Assembly: GCA_964483725.1 (NCBI GenBank)
Contig: CAZACQ010000003.1
Coordinates: forward strand, 1 to 58,430
From: an uncultured Candidatus Peribacteria bacterium
GTDB taxonomy: Bacteria; Patescibacteriota; Gracilibacteria; Absconditabacterales; Absconditicoccaceae
Length of the DNA stretch: 58,430 bases
Reading direction: 5' to 3'
This document shows, piece after piece, positions 46,593 through 57,735 of this stretch. Numbering within the stretch: the stretch's first letter is position 1; each line of letters opens with the position of its first letter. The notes under the pieces were generated by a model. It did no database searches. It saw only the letters and a list, made by a program, of their open reading frames with translations, and was not told the origin of the DNA. The translations under genes were made by a program, and so were the position numbers.

Positions 46593-49272
46593 ATTTAACT
46601 TCTAATACTATTATTTGAGAAGAAGAAGATATACTTTGATTTATTAATCATTGTATAGTACTATGATATTGCTGTGGTTGTTCTTGATAAAGTGAGTATA
46701 AGTCAATAAAGTTCAATAAGACTTCTTTATCACCCTGCTCTAATTCATTAATTTCATTTATTATTTCAATATTTTGATGAGCAGTTCAATCAATAAGTGC
46801 TTCAGCATATTTTGAAAGTGCATCAGCATCTTCTAATGTAATTCAAGACATATCGGCTAGATCTGAAACAGCTTTAAAATTAGATAATCTATGATTAAAT
46901 ATATCAATTATAGGTTCTATAGAATTTGGTCAAGACCAGTATCTTGCAGTAGACATACGAGCACGAAGAAGTTTTAAATCTGCAGGATCTGATTCTCACA
47001 ATACTGATTCAAGTTCACTATTACTAAGATAAAAAGCATATTTAGCTCATATATTATTACTTGATACATAATCAACATATCATTCTTGAGCAAGTGCAGC
47101 CAACATACTTATTGATCAATGATCAATAATTTCTCAAGTTTGCTCATTAAAGTTAGCAAAAAACCTATGGAACAAACTTACATTACCATCTCACATAACT
47201 ACTGTTCCAATATTTGGATCAAGAGCAATATAATTTATTCACTGATCCTTAAGTCTCAAGTAAGAATTACAAACATCATTATCTGAAAACATTTCCCAAA
47301 GCCATGTAAGAAACTGATCATACCTAACATTATATTGATTCTCTACAAAATACCTTGCATAGGTTCATGCTATATAAACTCAATCATCTTCATGTCTATT
47401 GTTAACCTTATCTAAGAATTTATTATAATGACCAAATTGTATATAAAATATATCATCTGCTCTATATGGAGAAATTATCTCTTGTGAAGTTTGAACTCAG
47501 GTAGGTCAAAGCAATTCTTCTATTTTATTTTCTACTCATACTCACTGCTTATACCACATAAAAGGTCAAGCTCATCATTGTCATGATATTCTTAGGAAAT
47601 TAAGAAATATCATAAAGAATGATATAAAAATAATTATTCATATGAATATATTAAATAATAATTGATTATTTTTATTATCTCAAACATCGACCGACAATCT
47701 ATATACAAAAACCAAAAAAGAAAGTATAATCCAAATTATAAGTCATAATCAATACCACAAAATTCAACCTCAAATAAAAAACCAAATAGTCCAAATCAAC
47801 AATGTAACTGAACTTATACCAATCAAAAGCTTATCAAAAATGAATATTCAATAAAATAATCAAATTATTATTAAGAAAAGTAATATTAACCATATATATC
47901 AAACATCTGTATAAAAACTACTCTCATTTTGCAAAGACCAATTAAAAGTCATATTAAAAGGAACAAGATAAGAATATGGAATATATAAATCATTTTGATT
48001 AATGATATCTCATCTTGCTAATTCTTCACTTTCATAAACAACACAGTTTTCATCAACATCAGTTCACTCGCCCACAATACAAACATTTTCTATATATATT
48101 GAATTAGATTGATAATACTCCTCTATACTTGATATCTCTTCGCTAAACTTATTAATAAGGTAAGATTCTGATTCTGAATCAAATCATTCATAACTAACAA
48201 TTTCATGCAGATAATCATATCATGCAGATCATCAAGATAATTGGTCATATGCTTCAAGAACATAATCTTTATTCATATTTTGGATGTGTGATGAATAAGT
48301 ACACAATATATTTGAATCTCAGTTAGGTCAAATACATGAATTTCAAGAAGGAAAAAATGTCTGCCACCAAGGATTCTCAAAATGTCTCCATCAATAACCA
48401 ACATATCTTCACACATCTTCTGCATAAGTATCTCAAGGAGCATCTCTAAGTCATTCATATAAGTCATCACTATCTTCTATTCAAGACAAGGAACATGAGT
48501 TATCGTTTAATCAAGCCATACTAGTTGAAGCAAGCAAAGGAACAGAATCATCTATGTTAGAGTCAAATTTATCTTCTTTAATTTCAGAATTTTGAGATAA
48601 AAATATATCTTCAACAAATCTAATAGAATCAAATTCTCTTCATCTCATATGATCTTCATATAAAATGTATGATCACTTAAAAATTACCAAAGTTAGAACA
48701 AAACTAAGTCACCAAAATACCATCAAAAGTAAGTATGAAAAGAAATTTTTTGTAAACTTAAGGAATACAGAAACAAAAAATCAAGCAAATCAAATAATTA
48801 TAGAATACAATGAGTTAGCATAAGATATATAATCTCTGATACCCCTAAACTCAACAAAGGAAAGAAGTCATATTATAATTATAAATATTGAAATAACAGC
48901 TATTCATCAAATCCACAACCATGTAAGAAGCAATCAAAATCAAACTGCATCCAAAAAAGCAGTAGGTTTACTCATAACTGCAACTGCAAATAAAAATCAA
49001 CTAATTACAAAGTAAATCAACAAATTATAATTAATCTTTATATTTCTTAATTTAGTAAGTTTGCCTTTATTATCATTGTTTTCTTCATTATTTCAAGCAT
49101 TTTCATTGGTTTCTTCTGGTGGTATTTCTTGTGTTTTTTTAATTGCCACAAATCAACTATAAATAGCTAATATAACTATAGCCATAACTCATAAGTCTGT
49201 TTTATTGTCAACAAAAACCAAAAATGCTCACATTCAACTAGTAAGCCATAGTAATACAAACAACCAAGACAT
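46591..49272 (-). CDS. large polytopic membrane protein (893 aa), unknown family
   Basis: ATG 49272 to TAA 46591. The frame was scanned row by row and has many TGA but no TAA/TAG. Two clusters of TM helices are separated by Cys/Asp-rich soluble regions. Confidence 0.65.
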
Positions 49273-49377
49273 ATTAAATATTAATCAAGAATAGTTTGAA
49301 ACTGATTTTATTCTATCAGATATATAATTAATTACTTCTTTAAGTAAAGCTAGAGAAAAAAGTAGAACAAATATTCA

Positions 49378-49980
49378 ACTAAAAAAGTTTCAAACAATAG
49401 CATAAGTATCTGCAGATATCCAGAATAACCTCTCTAAAGGAAAAGCCAAAGCAAACCAATATGCAATATAACTATACCAAAGTTGAAATCTAGTACTCAT
49501 CTGAGATTCATCCCAATAAAATCATTCATTAAGTACCCACATTTTTGGGTAAAACATATATGCATGATTAGCATCCCAAGCAGTAGGATATGGAATATAT
49601 GCTAAAATAAATCAAAAGTAAAAATATGCTATTGAAAACAATATCAAAACAAGAGAAAATATATAAGTTCACTTATTCTTATTATTTTTATATCATATAG
49701 AGTCTAAAATATCCAATAAAATTTTTCTTGAATTTGAAATAGAATCTCTTTGAGGAAGATATAACAATAATAATGCTATAAAAATCAACCAAATAAGCCA
49801 AGAAAAAATAATTCAAAAAGACATTAATATAAAAACAAAAATCAACAAAACACTTAAACCAATTCAAAAAGAAAGAAATAATTCAAAAATGTTTTCGGTT
49901 TTGAGCTTAAGAAATCTCTCCTTAATATAGTTTCAAAGAAAAAATACTCAAAAAATAAATAAAGTAGAAAAAAACAACAT
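49378..49980 (-). CDS. polytopic membrane protein (200 aa)
   Basis: ATG 49980 to TAG 49378, in the same frame as 46591..49272. It ends right after an A7/T7 run. It contains ...AYIPYPTAWDANHAYMFYPKMW... Confidence 0.5.
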
Positions 49981-50157
49981 AATAACAATATTTAAAAAGA
50001 GTATTATGTAGTTACCTCATACTCATCACTTTGTTGAAATAAAATATATAGAAAAAAATAATAAACCAACAAACAAAAAAAGAAAAAACAAACTAAGTGT
50101 TTTTTTCTTTGAAAAAATAAGATATAATAGCGGAATTCAAGCAAAAACCAAAGAAAT

Positions 50158-50298
50158 TAAGAAAGGGAATAAGTGAGAAGTACTAGATAAATAATCAAAA
50201 TAATATCAATGATTAATTAAGTATCAATAAATTATTTGACTTCAAATTAATATAAGAAATGAAATGGAAATTAGTAAAAATATAGTAGTTCTCTTCAT
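50158..50298 (-). CDS. possible 46-aa membrane peptide or remnant
   Basis: ATG 50298 to TAA 50158 (MKRTTIFLLISISFLILIGSQ...), in the same frame as the two ORFs downstream. Confidence 0.25.
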
Positions 50299-50328
50299 TA
50301 AGTTTAATTAAATAAAATAAATTATGTA

Positions 50329-51978
50329 CTATTTATCATCATTAGAAATAGATTCAAATTTAGAATAAAGTAATATAAGCATAATCTTAGTTAGAGGAAC
50401 AACAACAGTAAGTATAAGCATTATATTAACTAACATCATAGTACCAAATCACCTAAATATATTAGTTCAAACCATAAATAATAAAAGTCAAATTAATCAA
50501 GTTGTAAGATTACCATCTCTAATAGCAGACAAACTCCTAGCAAATCAATCTTGAATTGAAAGCATCGTTCACTTTCAAGACTTCATTTCTTCTCTAACTC
50601 TTTCAAAAATAAGCACATTAGCATCTACTGCAATTCATATACTCAAAATTATAGCAGCTATTCAACTTAATGATAAAGCATATCAAAGTACTTTTATCAA
50701 TCAAAATAAAATTGATACAAAAACCAAAAGAGTCGTTATAGCAACTAATCACTTAACTAATCAATAAAAATATATCATAAATAAGAATACAAGAAAAAAT
50801 CAAACTGCAGCAGCAATAATTGCAGCACTTAAAGCATCAGCTCAAAGAGTTGGCGAAACCATTTCCTCATGAGATAATATTAATGGAGCTGGCATAGCTC
50901 AATCATTTAAATCATCAACCATTTCTCTAGCTTCAGTACGAGTGAAATTTCAAGTAATTTGAGATGTTCATCAACATATTTCTTCCCTTATAACAGGATC
51001 AGTTATAAGTTCTCATCAAACAAATATTGCCATTTGTTCTCAGACATTTTGAGAAGTTATATTACAGTATATTTGAGCTCACTGCCTATTGAAATGAACT
51101 AATACACTAGGATCTCAAGTCTCAGTTGTTCAAACACTAGCATAATTAAAAAAGGCAGCATTAAGCATTTGTCAACTAGCTGGATCAGTAGCTGTCACCC
51201 AAGTTGGAAAGTAAGATATAGAAAGCACCTCAAAAGAATATATATCTTCTTCTTGTCATAAATATCTAACTATATCCCATCTTTCTTCTTCATCATTAGA
51301 TAGCAAACTAGGATATATATTACCTTCTCATGCTTCAATTAAGGAATCAAAATTATCTTGTAAAAATGATGGAAGATCATCAATTTCAGAGTCATAATTA
51401 TTATAATGATAATCATTATCGATATTATCTTGATATATTTCAGCAAGAGATAATTCATCATTTACAGTTGAAATCAAAGCTTCTTCTGCTAAAACTTTCC
51501 TAGAATCTCTAACTTCTTCTTCATCCTCTCATTCATATTTTAATTTGAATTCTAACTCAACTGTCCTTCATATAATATCTTTTGCTGCATCAGTATCTAC
51601 AACTCAACCAATTTCAACAACTACATAATCATCCTGTCAAATAGATTGAATATAACTTGTATAATCACTTACTCAAAGTGCAGAAATTCTATCATCAATA
51701 TTCGAAAGTATTATTCACTCTATTTCAGATTTAATTTCATTAAGCTCAGCTTGATCAGTATAAATTTCTTCATACCTTGAATAATCAATTCTATATGTAA
51801 GCCTAACTCATCAAGCAACATCTAGTCACTTTTTAAAACCCTGCAATCACTGACTTGTAATTGTCATTGATTCTTCTCAAGTATCTTCATCAAAATCAAT
51901 ACCAACAAAAAATATTAAAAATAAAGATACAAGAAAAATTATAAGATATAAAAAAAATGATTTAGCAACTCAGTACAT
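50329..51978 (-). CDS. secD: protein translocase subunit SecD
   Basis: ATG 51978 to TAG 50329 (549 aa). Motifs are GLDVAGGVRLTY, AIFVGGELITDPVIRE.I.GG.SQITGNFT..EA, GAMPAPL and SGIAAIILSIGIAVDANVLIFERVREE. Confidence 0.85.
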
Positions 51979-52008
51979 AATAAACTGTTAAATTTTAAAG
52001 ATTAAATT

Positions 52009-52449
52009 TTAGTTAAAGAAACTTTTATTTGAATCGTTTCTTTTTTGCATAGTAGAATATATTATATCCATAATATTAGGATAAGATTTCAAAAAGGAAT
52101 CAAAAGCATCAACAGGAATTTGTCGAACATCACTATCTTGTATTGCAACAACAGAAGCCATAGCTTCAGTTCATTTTAGATAAGACATTTCTCAAAATAT
52201 TTCTCAGTCTCAAATAGTTCATAGAACTTTTGATGATAGTCAATTAGCTTTCCTAGCTTCTAATTTTCAAGATTTTAGTACATATATATATTCAGGTTTA
52301 GATCATTCAATAATCAAACGAGATCATTCCTGGTAAAATTCAAGTTTAAATGAATTTGATAATTCTAACAATTTGTCATCAGGAACATCTTTAAATATAT
52401 CAATTGATTTCAGCATTTTTAGTAATATATCATTTACAGATAGATTCAT
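52009..52449 (-). CDS. stand-alone cyclic-nucleotide-binding (cNMP/Crp effector) domain protein
   Basis: ATG 52449 to TAA 52009 (146 aa). It contains IFKDVPDDKLLELS...GTIGDGEIFGEMSYL. Confidence 0.7.
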
Positions 52450-52771
52450 TGTTTTATTTTTTAGATTTAAAAATTTGTTTTATATAAGAATAAGGTAATG
52501 ATATTATATTTTTTGCAAATTTATAATTATCAATAATGTCACTTAGCAAATAATTTATCTTTGATAGGATAAATAAAACTTTAATTAGAATAAAAAAAAG
52601 TATAATTACACATATTGCTCAAGCAATAACAATCACATGTAAACTAATCAAAAATATTAAATCAAGCATTTTTACTAGAAATGAAATAAATAATAATTAT
52701 TATAAACATAATATTGATATATATTTTATCTATTTTTTCAAGCTATTTTATTAAAAAAACAAAATATACAA

Positions 52772-53485
52772 ATGTTTTACAATGAAGAATTTATAATTAA
52801 AGATAATATGTGAAACAACTCATTTTCATATAAAGAAAGAAAAACTAATTGAAAAGCAGAAATAACAGTAGCCAAATTAGTTGAATGAAACACAAACGAC
52901 CTTAAAGTATGAAAAAATATAGCTTTTGAAGAAAAAGATTTTAACTGAAAAATTAAATGATATTATTGATTAGAAAATTTCATTAAAATTAAAAACTGAG
53001 ATAAAAAAATATATATATTTGACAATCACAATCATGCATTATATTTTTGGTATTTAGAACAAATTAAATGAAATATTGATAAAAAATCAAAACTAATACA
53101 TATTGACCAGCATAGTGATATGGAAAATTGAAAAGAATTTAATTACGACAAGCTTAACAAAGAAAATATCTGGAAATATACAAACTATGACTTAAATGTT
53201 TGAAATTATATAATTCCAGCAAAAAAACTTTGAATTGTTGATGAAATAGTTCAAGTAAGAAGCAATTATAAACTAAAAGAACTAAAAAATATAAAAATAA
53301 ATAAATCAAACACTATATTAAATATTGATATAGATTTTTGGGCTCCTGAAATGATTAGTGATAATGATTCAATATTAATAGCAAAGAATTTAATAAAAAA
53401 AAGTGAAGTAATAACTATCGCTACTTCACCATATTTTATAGATCAAAAGCTTGCTATAAATATTGTAAAAAAAATATTAACTTAA
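52772..53485 (+). CDS. hypothetical protein, possibly UPF0489-like
   Basis: ATG 52772 to TAA 53483..53485 (237 aa). It contains IYIFDNHNHALYFW...IHIDQHSD...NVGNYI...NIDIDFW. The family guess is from memory of motifs only. Confidence 0.5.
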
Positions 53486-53707
53486 ACTTGAGTCTTGTGA
53501 AATAACTCTTTTTTTCAAGTCTGATACATCATCTAAAACATTTTTTACAGCCAAATCATTTCTATCACAATTTTCATGCAAAAAATTAGCTGTATCTGTT
53601 CATAATTCTCAAGATTCTATCATTTCACAAACAGTTTCACTAATTCATTCTTTTGATTCATTATTTTCTTGTCAAGATTCTATTCTCTTATCAAAGTTTT
53701 CTGTCAT
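53477..53707 (-). CDS. small acidic protein (76 aa)
   Basis: ATG 53707 to TAA 53477, overlapping the convergent gene end by 9 nt. Confidence 0.45.
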
Positions 53708-53726
53708 TTTAATTGTTTTTATTTAT

Positions 53727-54074
53727 TTAAATATTAATATGCTTATCAAAATCTATTCATACAGCTCACATTAGATCATCTTGTTCTTTTTTTGATATAT
53801 CTAACAAGTCATTAGTAATATTGTTTTTGAATGTTGATAATTTTTCTTCATCAAAATCATCAATCATATCAGCTGCAATAGAGGAAACTTTTTTCAAAAT
53901 TTCATTGATTTTTTCATCAATAGAATATAACAAATCAACATCCTCTACCATATCTATCAAATCAATCAGATCTTGTTTTTCTTCTTCTTTTAAAACAAAA
54001 ATAGATCGAACTTTCTGTTCTAACTTCTTTTTAAGTCAATGCAATACACTTTCGTATCATCAATTTTCATTCAT
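53727..54074 (-). CDS. small acidic coiled-coil protein (115 aa)
   Basis: ATG 54074 to TAA 53727. It extends track ORF 53766..53960 at both ends; the track stop at 53766 is TGA. Confidence 0.5.
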
Positions 54075-54172
54075 TTTTTTTTATTATGATCTAATTTGGA
54101 TAAATTAATTATAGTAAAGTAAAAATATATTGCAAATATTTTTTCAAAAAAATGTTTATCATGAAAAACATC

Positions 54173-54214
54173 TAAGCACTAAGCACTAACCTCTAAGTAC
54201 TAAGCACTAATCCT
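54173..54214. repeat. six tandem heptamers TAAGCAC (imperfect) in a divergent intergenic region
   Basis: The run reads TAAGCAC TAAGCAC TAACCTC TAAGTAC TAAGCAC TAATCCT, 35 nt upstream of the dus ATG. Confidence 0.8.
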
Positions 54215-54248
54215 TATACAACTTGATAAAATAATCAAAATATATATT

Positions 54249-55313
54249 ATGGAACAATTTAAATCATTAAATCAAATAATGTATTTTGCACTAGCACCTA
54301 TGGATTGAATAACTGATTCTGCATACAGAATAGTAACTCAAGAAGTATTTGAAAAATATTCAACTAAATGAGAACTACTATTATTTACTGAATTTATGAG
54401 TGCAGACTGATATATAGCAAACCCTGAATGAGTTTTTCACCATATAGTAAAAACTAACTATGAAAAAAATCTAACTGCACAAATTTATTGATGAGACAAA
54501 GATAGACTTATTGAAACAGCAAAAGATCTTGACAATAAATATAATTTCCATTGAATTGAACTAAATATTGGTTGTCCATCACCCAAAGTAATGGCATGTG
54601 GATGAGGAGCATGAATGATAAAAAACAAATACGAAACACTAGAAATTATAAAAGAAATATCAAAAGCAATTAAGAATGATTTCAGCATAAAAACAAGAGT
54701 TTGATTGTGAAACGAAGACAAAGAAGAACAACTTAAATTCATAAAAGAAGCAAGCAAGTATTGTAAGATGATAAGCATTCATTGAAGGACATACAAGCAA
54801 TGACATTCATGACTAGTAGACTGGGAATTTATAAAAAGATCAAAAGAAGAAGTAAGTGACAAATGTATTATACTGTGAAATTGATGAATCGAATCATATG
54901 AAGACTGACTAGAACAATGAAAAGATATTGACTGAATAATGGTATGACAAGCTGCTATATGAAACCCATGGATATTAGTAGAAAAAGAAGCTAATATAAA
55001 TGATATATATGAAACAGTAATAAAACACTTAAAATACTCCGCAGGACTTGAAATTTTAAAAAAAGAAATATGGGACAGTAGAAACAATTTTTGTAAAGAG
55101 ATAAAAATAGATGATTTAAAAAATATAAAAGATAATCAGATAGAAAAACATACTCTAAGAAGTCCAATAGAATTTAGAAAACATTTGTTCTCATATATAA
55201 AATGATTAAAAAACTCTAAAGAACTAAAACAAAATATAATTCTAAAAAAGAATTATAAAGAAGTTAAAGAAAGCATTGAAGAATATTTTTTAAAACTAAA
55301 AAAAGAAAGCTAA
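54249..55313 (+). CDS. tRNA-dihydrouridine synthase
   Basis: ATG 54249 to TAA 55311..55313 (354 aa). Motifs are LAPMDGITDSAYR, ELNIGCPSPKVMACGGGAGM, SIHGRTYKQGHSGLVDW, LGNGGI and DGIMVGQAAIGNPW. Track ORFs 54485..55087(-) are antisense artefacts. Confidence 0.85.
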
Positions 55314-55331
55314 TATTAGCTTTCTTTTTTT
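55298..55331. terminator. bidirectional intrinsic terminator
   Basis: AAAAAAAGAAAGCTA-ATAT-TAGCTTTCTTTTTTT. The dus TAA lies inside the hairpin. Its arms are nearly identical to those of the terminator at 46559..46592. Confidence 0.7.
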
Positions 55332-55719
55332 AGTTCCTAACAAGTTGAGTATTGGTTTGAATATGTATAACTCTATCATTAACTGAAAGTCATTGTGGCT
55401 GTCTACCTACATTGTTTTGCTTATAAGATGAATCTTCTTGAATATCTTTCCAAACATTTCTTTTTTCTTTTAATACATCCAATTGAGCCAAACTATGTAA
55501 AAACTTCTCTTCTTCCAATTTGTTTGTTTCTTCTCTTAAGAAATATCATTTAGTAGAGCTTATATTTACAAAATAAGCATAAAGTCATATTGTAAAAACC
55601 AAAATTCAAATTGTTGTAGCAAGCTTTAATTGATTTATAAGCTTACGATTTTTTCTAATTTTATTTTTAAAATCTATATAGTTTTTTGTCAAACTTTTAG
55701 TAAAAACAAACCTATTCAT
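55330..55719 (-). CDS. bitopic coiled-coil membrane protein, FtsL-like by position
   Basis: ATG 55719 to TAA 55330 (129 aa). It has a basic N-terminus, one TM helix (IGILVFTIGLYAYFV) and a heptad region. It lies directly downstream of rsmH, as ftsL does in dcw clusters. Confidence 0.5.
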
Positions 55720-55737
55720 CCCAGCATGTAGTTAATA

Positions 55738-56613
55738 TTATAAAGCCTTTATTATTCTTAATTTTGCACTTCTAGAAGCCTTATTTGATAAAACCTCTTT
55801 ATAATGTGGCTTAATAACTTTTTTATTAACTAATTCAAAGTTATCACTAGCAGCCAAATCTTTAAATTTATACTTAACAATTCTATCCTCTATACTATGA
55901 TAAGTAATTATATAACATTTTCATCACTTAGAAATATATTTTTCAAAATTATCAAGAAAGATTTCTAAATGTCACAATTCATTATTAACTTCAATTCTAA
56001 TACACTGGAATATAACCGATATTTTTTTGTTTCACAATCAAACTGATTTTATTAAATCAACTAATTGTGAAGTTGAATATATATGTTTTTGTTTTTTTCT
56101 TTCACTTATTATTGTATCAGCAATAAATTCAGCAAACTTATCAGAAAAATCTCAATATTTTTTAAAGATTTCTGATAACTTAGATCTTGAATAAGTATTT
56201 ATCAAATCATATGCTGTAAAATTTGAGTTAGAATCAAACCTCATATCAAGCTTACCTTCTCATTTTATTGAGAATCATCTATCAAAAAGTTTGAAATGGT
56301 CCATATTTACTCACAAATCCAACAAAATTCAATCAAATGTATCAAATCAAGATTCATTTACTATTTCATCTAATTGACTATAACTCAAATTCAACAATTT
56401 ATATCTTCAAGAATATCATGATAAATACTCATCAGCTTTTGACAACATACTCTGGTCCCTATCAACACCCACAAAGAAAGCTTTATTATTATCTAGTTTT
56501 GAGATTAGATATTGACAGTGTCAAGCATGTCAAACTGTTCAATCCAAGAACTTATCTAATTTATCTGGCAAATTTTGATAGATTTCTTCAGCTAAAACAG
56601 GAACATGTCTCAT
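55738..56613 (-). CDS. rsmH: 16S rRNA (cytosine1402-N4)-methyltransferase
   Basis: ATG 56613 to TAA 55738 (291 aa). Motifs are HVPVLAEE, DGTVGHAGH, LLDLGVNMDHF..DRGFS, FQCIRIEVNNEL, TYHSIEDRIVK and SRSAKLR. Confidence 0.85.
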
Positions 56614-56845
56614 ATTTTTCGTAATTTTGACAAAATAATTAAGTTTTCAACATCATTTCAACATAGTTTCTCAAAAACCAGATAACCTCTATATAATCAT
56701 ATTAGACAAAATGTCAAAACATTGTTAAAAAATAGTAGTTGACATCTTAAAAATTATAGATATGCTCTAAATATTATACTAAAAACTTGATTTTTAAATT
56801 TTATATTTTATAATATATTTTATATTTAATAAATAATAACAAAAT

Positions 56846-57718
56846 ATGAAAAGATTAATAGTCCTATTATTGATAAGTTTATCAATGTTAGCATATACAA
56901 CAAATGCATATAGTCCAAGCGAGTCTTGGAAAAAAGAAGTTCAAAGATCAAATGACACACTAAATAGTATTCTTGAAAATAAAAGCTTAGACTACCTAAA
57001 AAATATTTTGCCTAGATTTAAGGCTGCTAAAGAAAACTTTGAAAATAATAAAGATATAAATTATGCTATATGAACCCGAACAAATACTATAAAAGAAAAA
57101 ATAAATAATTTTGAAATCGAAAATAAGGACAAGAAAAAAACAGAAGAAACTCAAGATAGTTATAAAAATTCTAGCTTTAAAGAAAGTTTTTTTGAAGAAT
57201 ATTGACAAGATATAGTTAGTGACTTAGAAGTTTCAGATAGATGCACAAAATACTTTGATGAAATTGATGAAATAGCTAAAAAAAATGATTTCCCAACTTC
57301 AATTATTATTGCAACATGGTATAGAGAATATTCTTGTATATTATGAAATCCTGATAATTGATGGTGACCATTCCAGATAACTTCTCATAGTTATGAACCA
57401 TGAGATATTAGTATAGAAGAATTCCAAGATAGTATTCAAGATTTTATAGATTTTTCAAAAGCAAAGTGGAACTACTATGATAACAATCCATCTTTGAGAG
57501 AAAGATTTGGGTCAGAAAGCATAAATATTAAATATAATGAATTTACATTAAGAGATCTTAGACTACAAAGTATATTATACAATTGAGTATTAGAATCTAC
57601 TGAATTAAAAACAAATATGTATGCAAATACAAATTTAAATGAAAATTTAAGTTGAGCAAGAGATTGAATAGTTACAAAAACACTTAAGATCATTAATTGG
57701 GAATTAGAAAATAATTAG
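56846..57718 (+). CDS. secreted protein with lysozyme-like/SLT-like C-terminal domain
   Basis: ATG 56846 to TAG 57716..57718 (290 aa). The signal peptide is MKRLIVLLLISLSMLAYTTNA. IIIATWYREYSC...GWGPFQITSHSY resembles the catalytic Glu and G.GLMQ of transglycosylases. Confidence 0.55.
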
Positions 57719-57735
57719 AAATTAATTTTTATAAC

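Noticed and set aside
52453-52771. The 320-nt AT-rich gap between the cNMP-domain gene and 52772..53485 as a hidden gene or RNA.
   Set aside because: Only very short ORFs occur in any frame under code 25. There is no GC-rich or strongly structured segment beyond a weak ATTGC-TCAA-GCAAT hairpin. It is most simply a divergent promoter region.
54173-54214. The heptamer array as a CRISPR or other spacer-containing array.
   Set aside because: The units are only 7 nt long and directly abutting with no spacers. No cas genes are present in the window.
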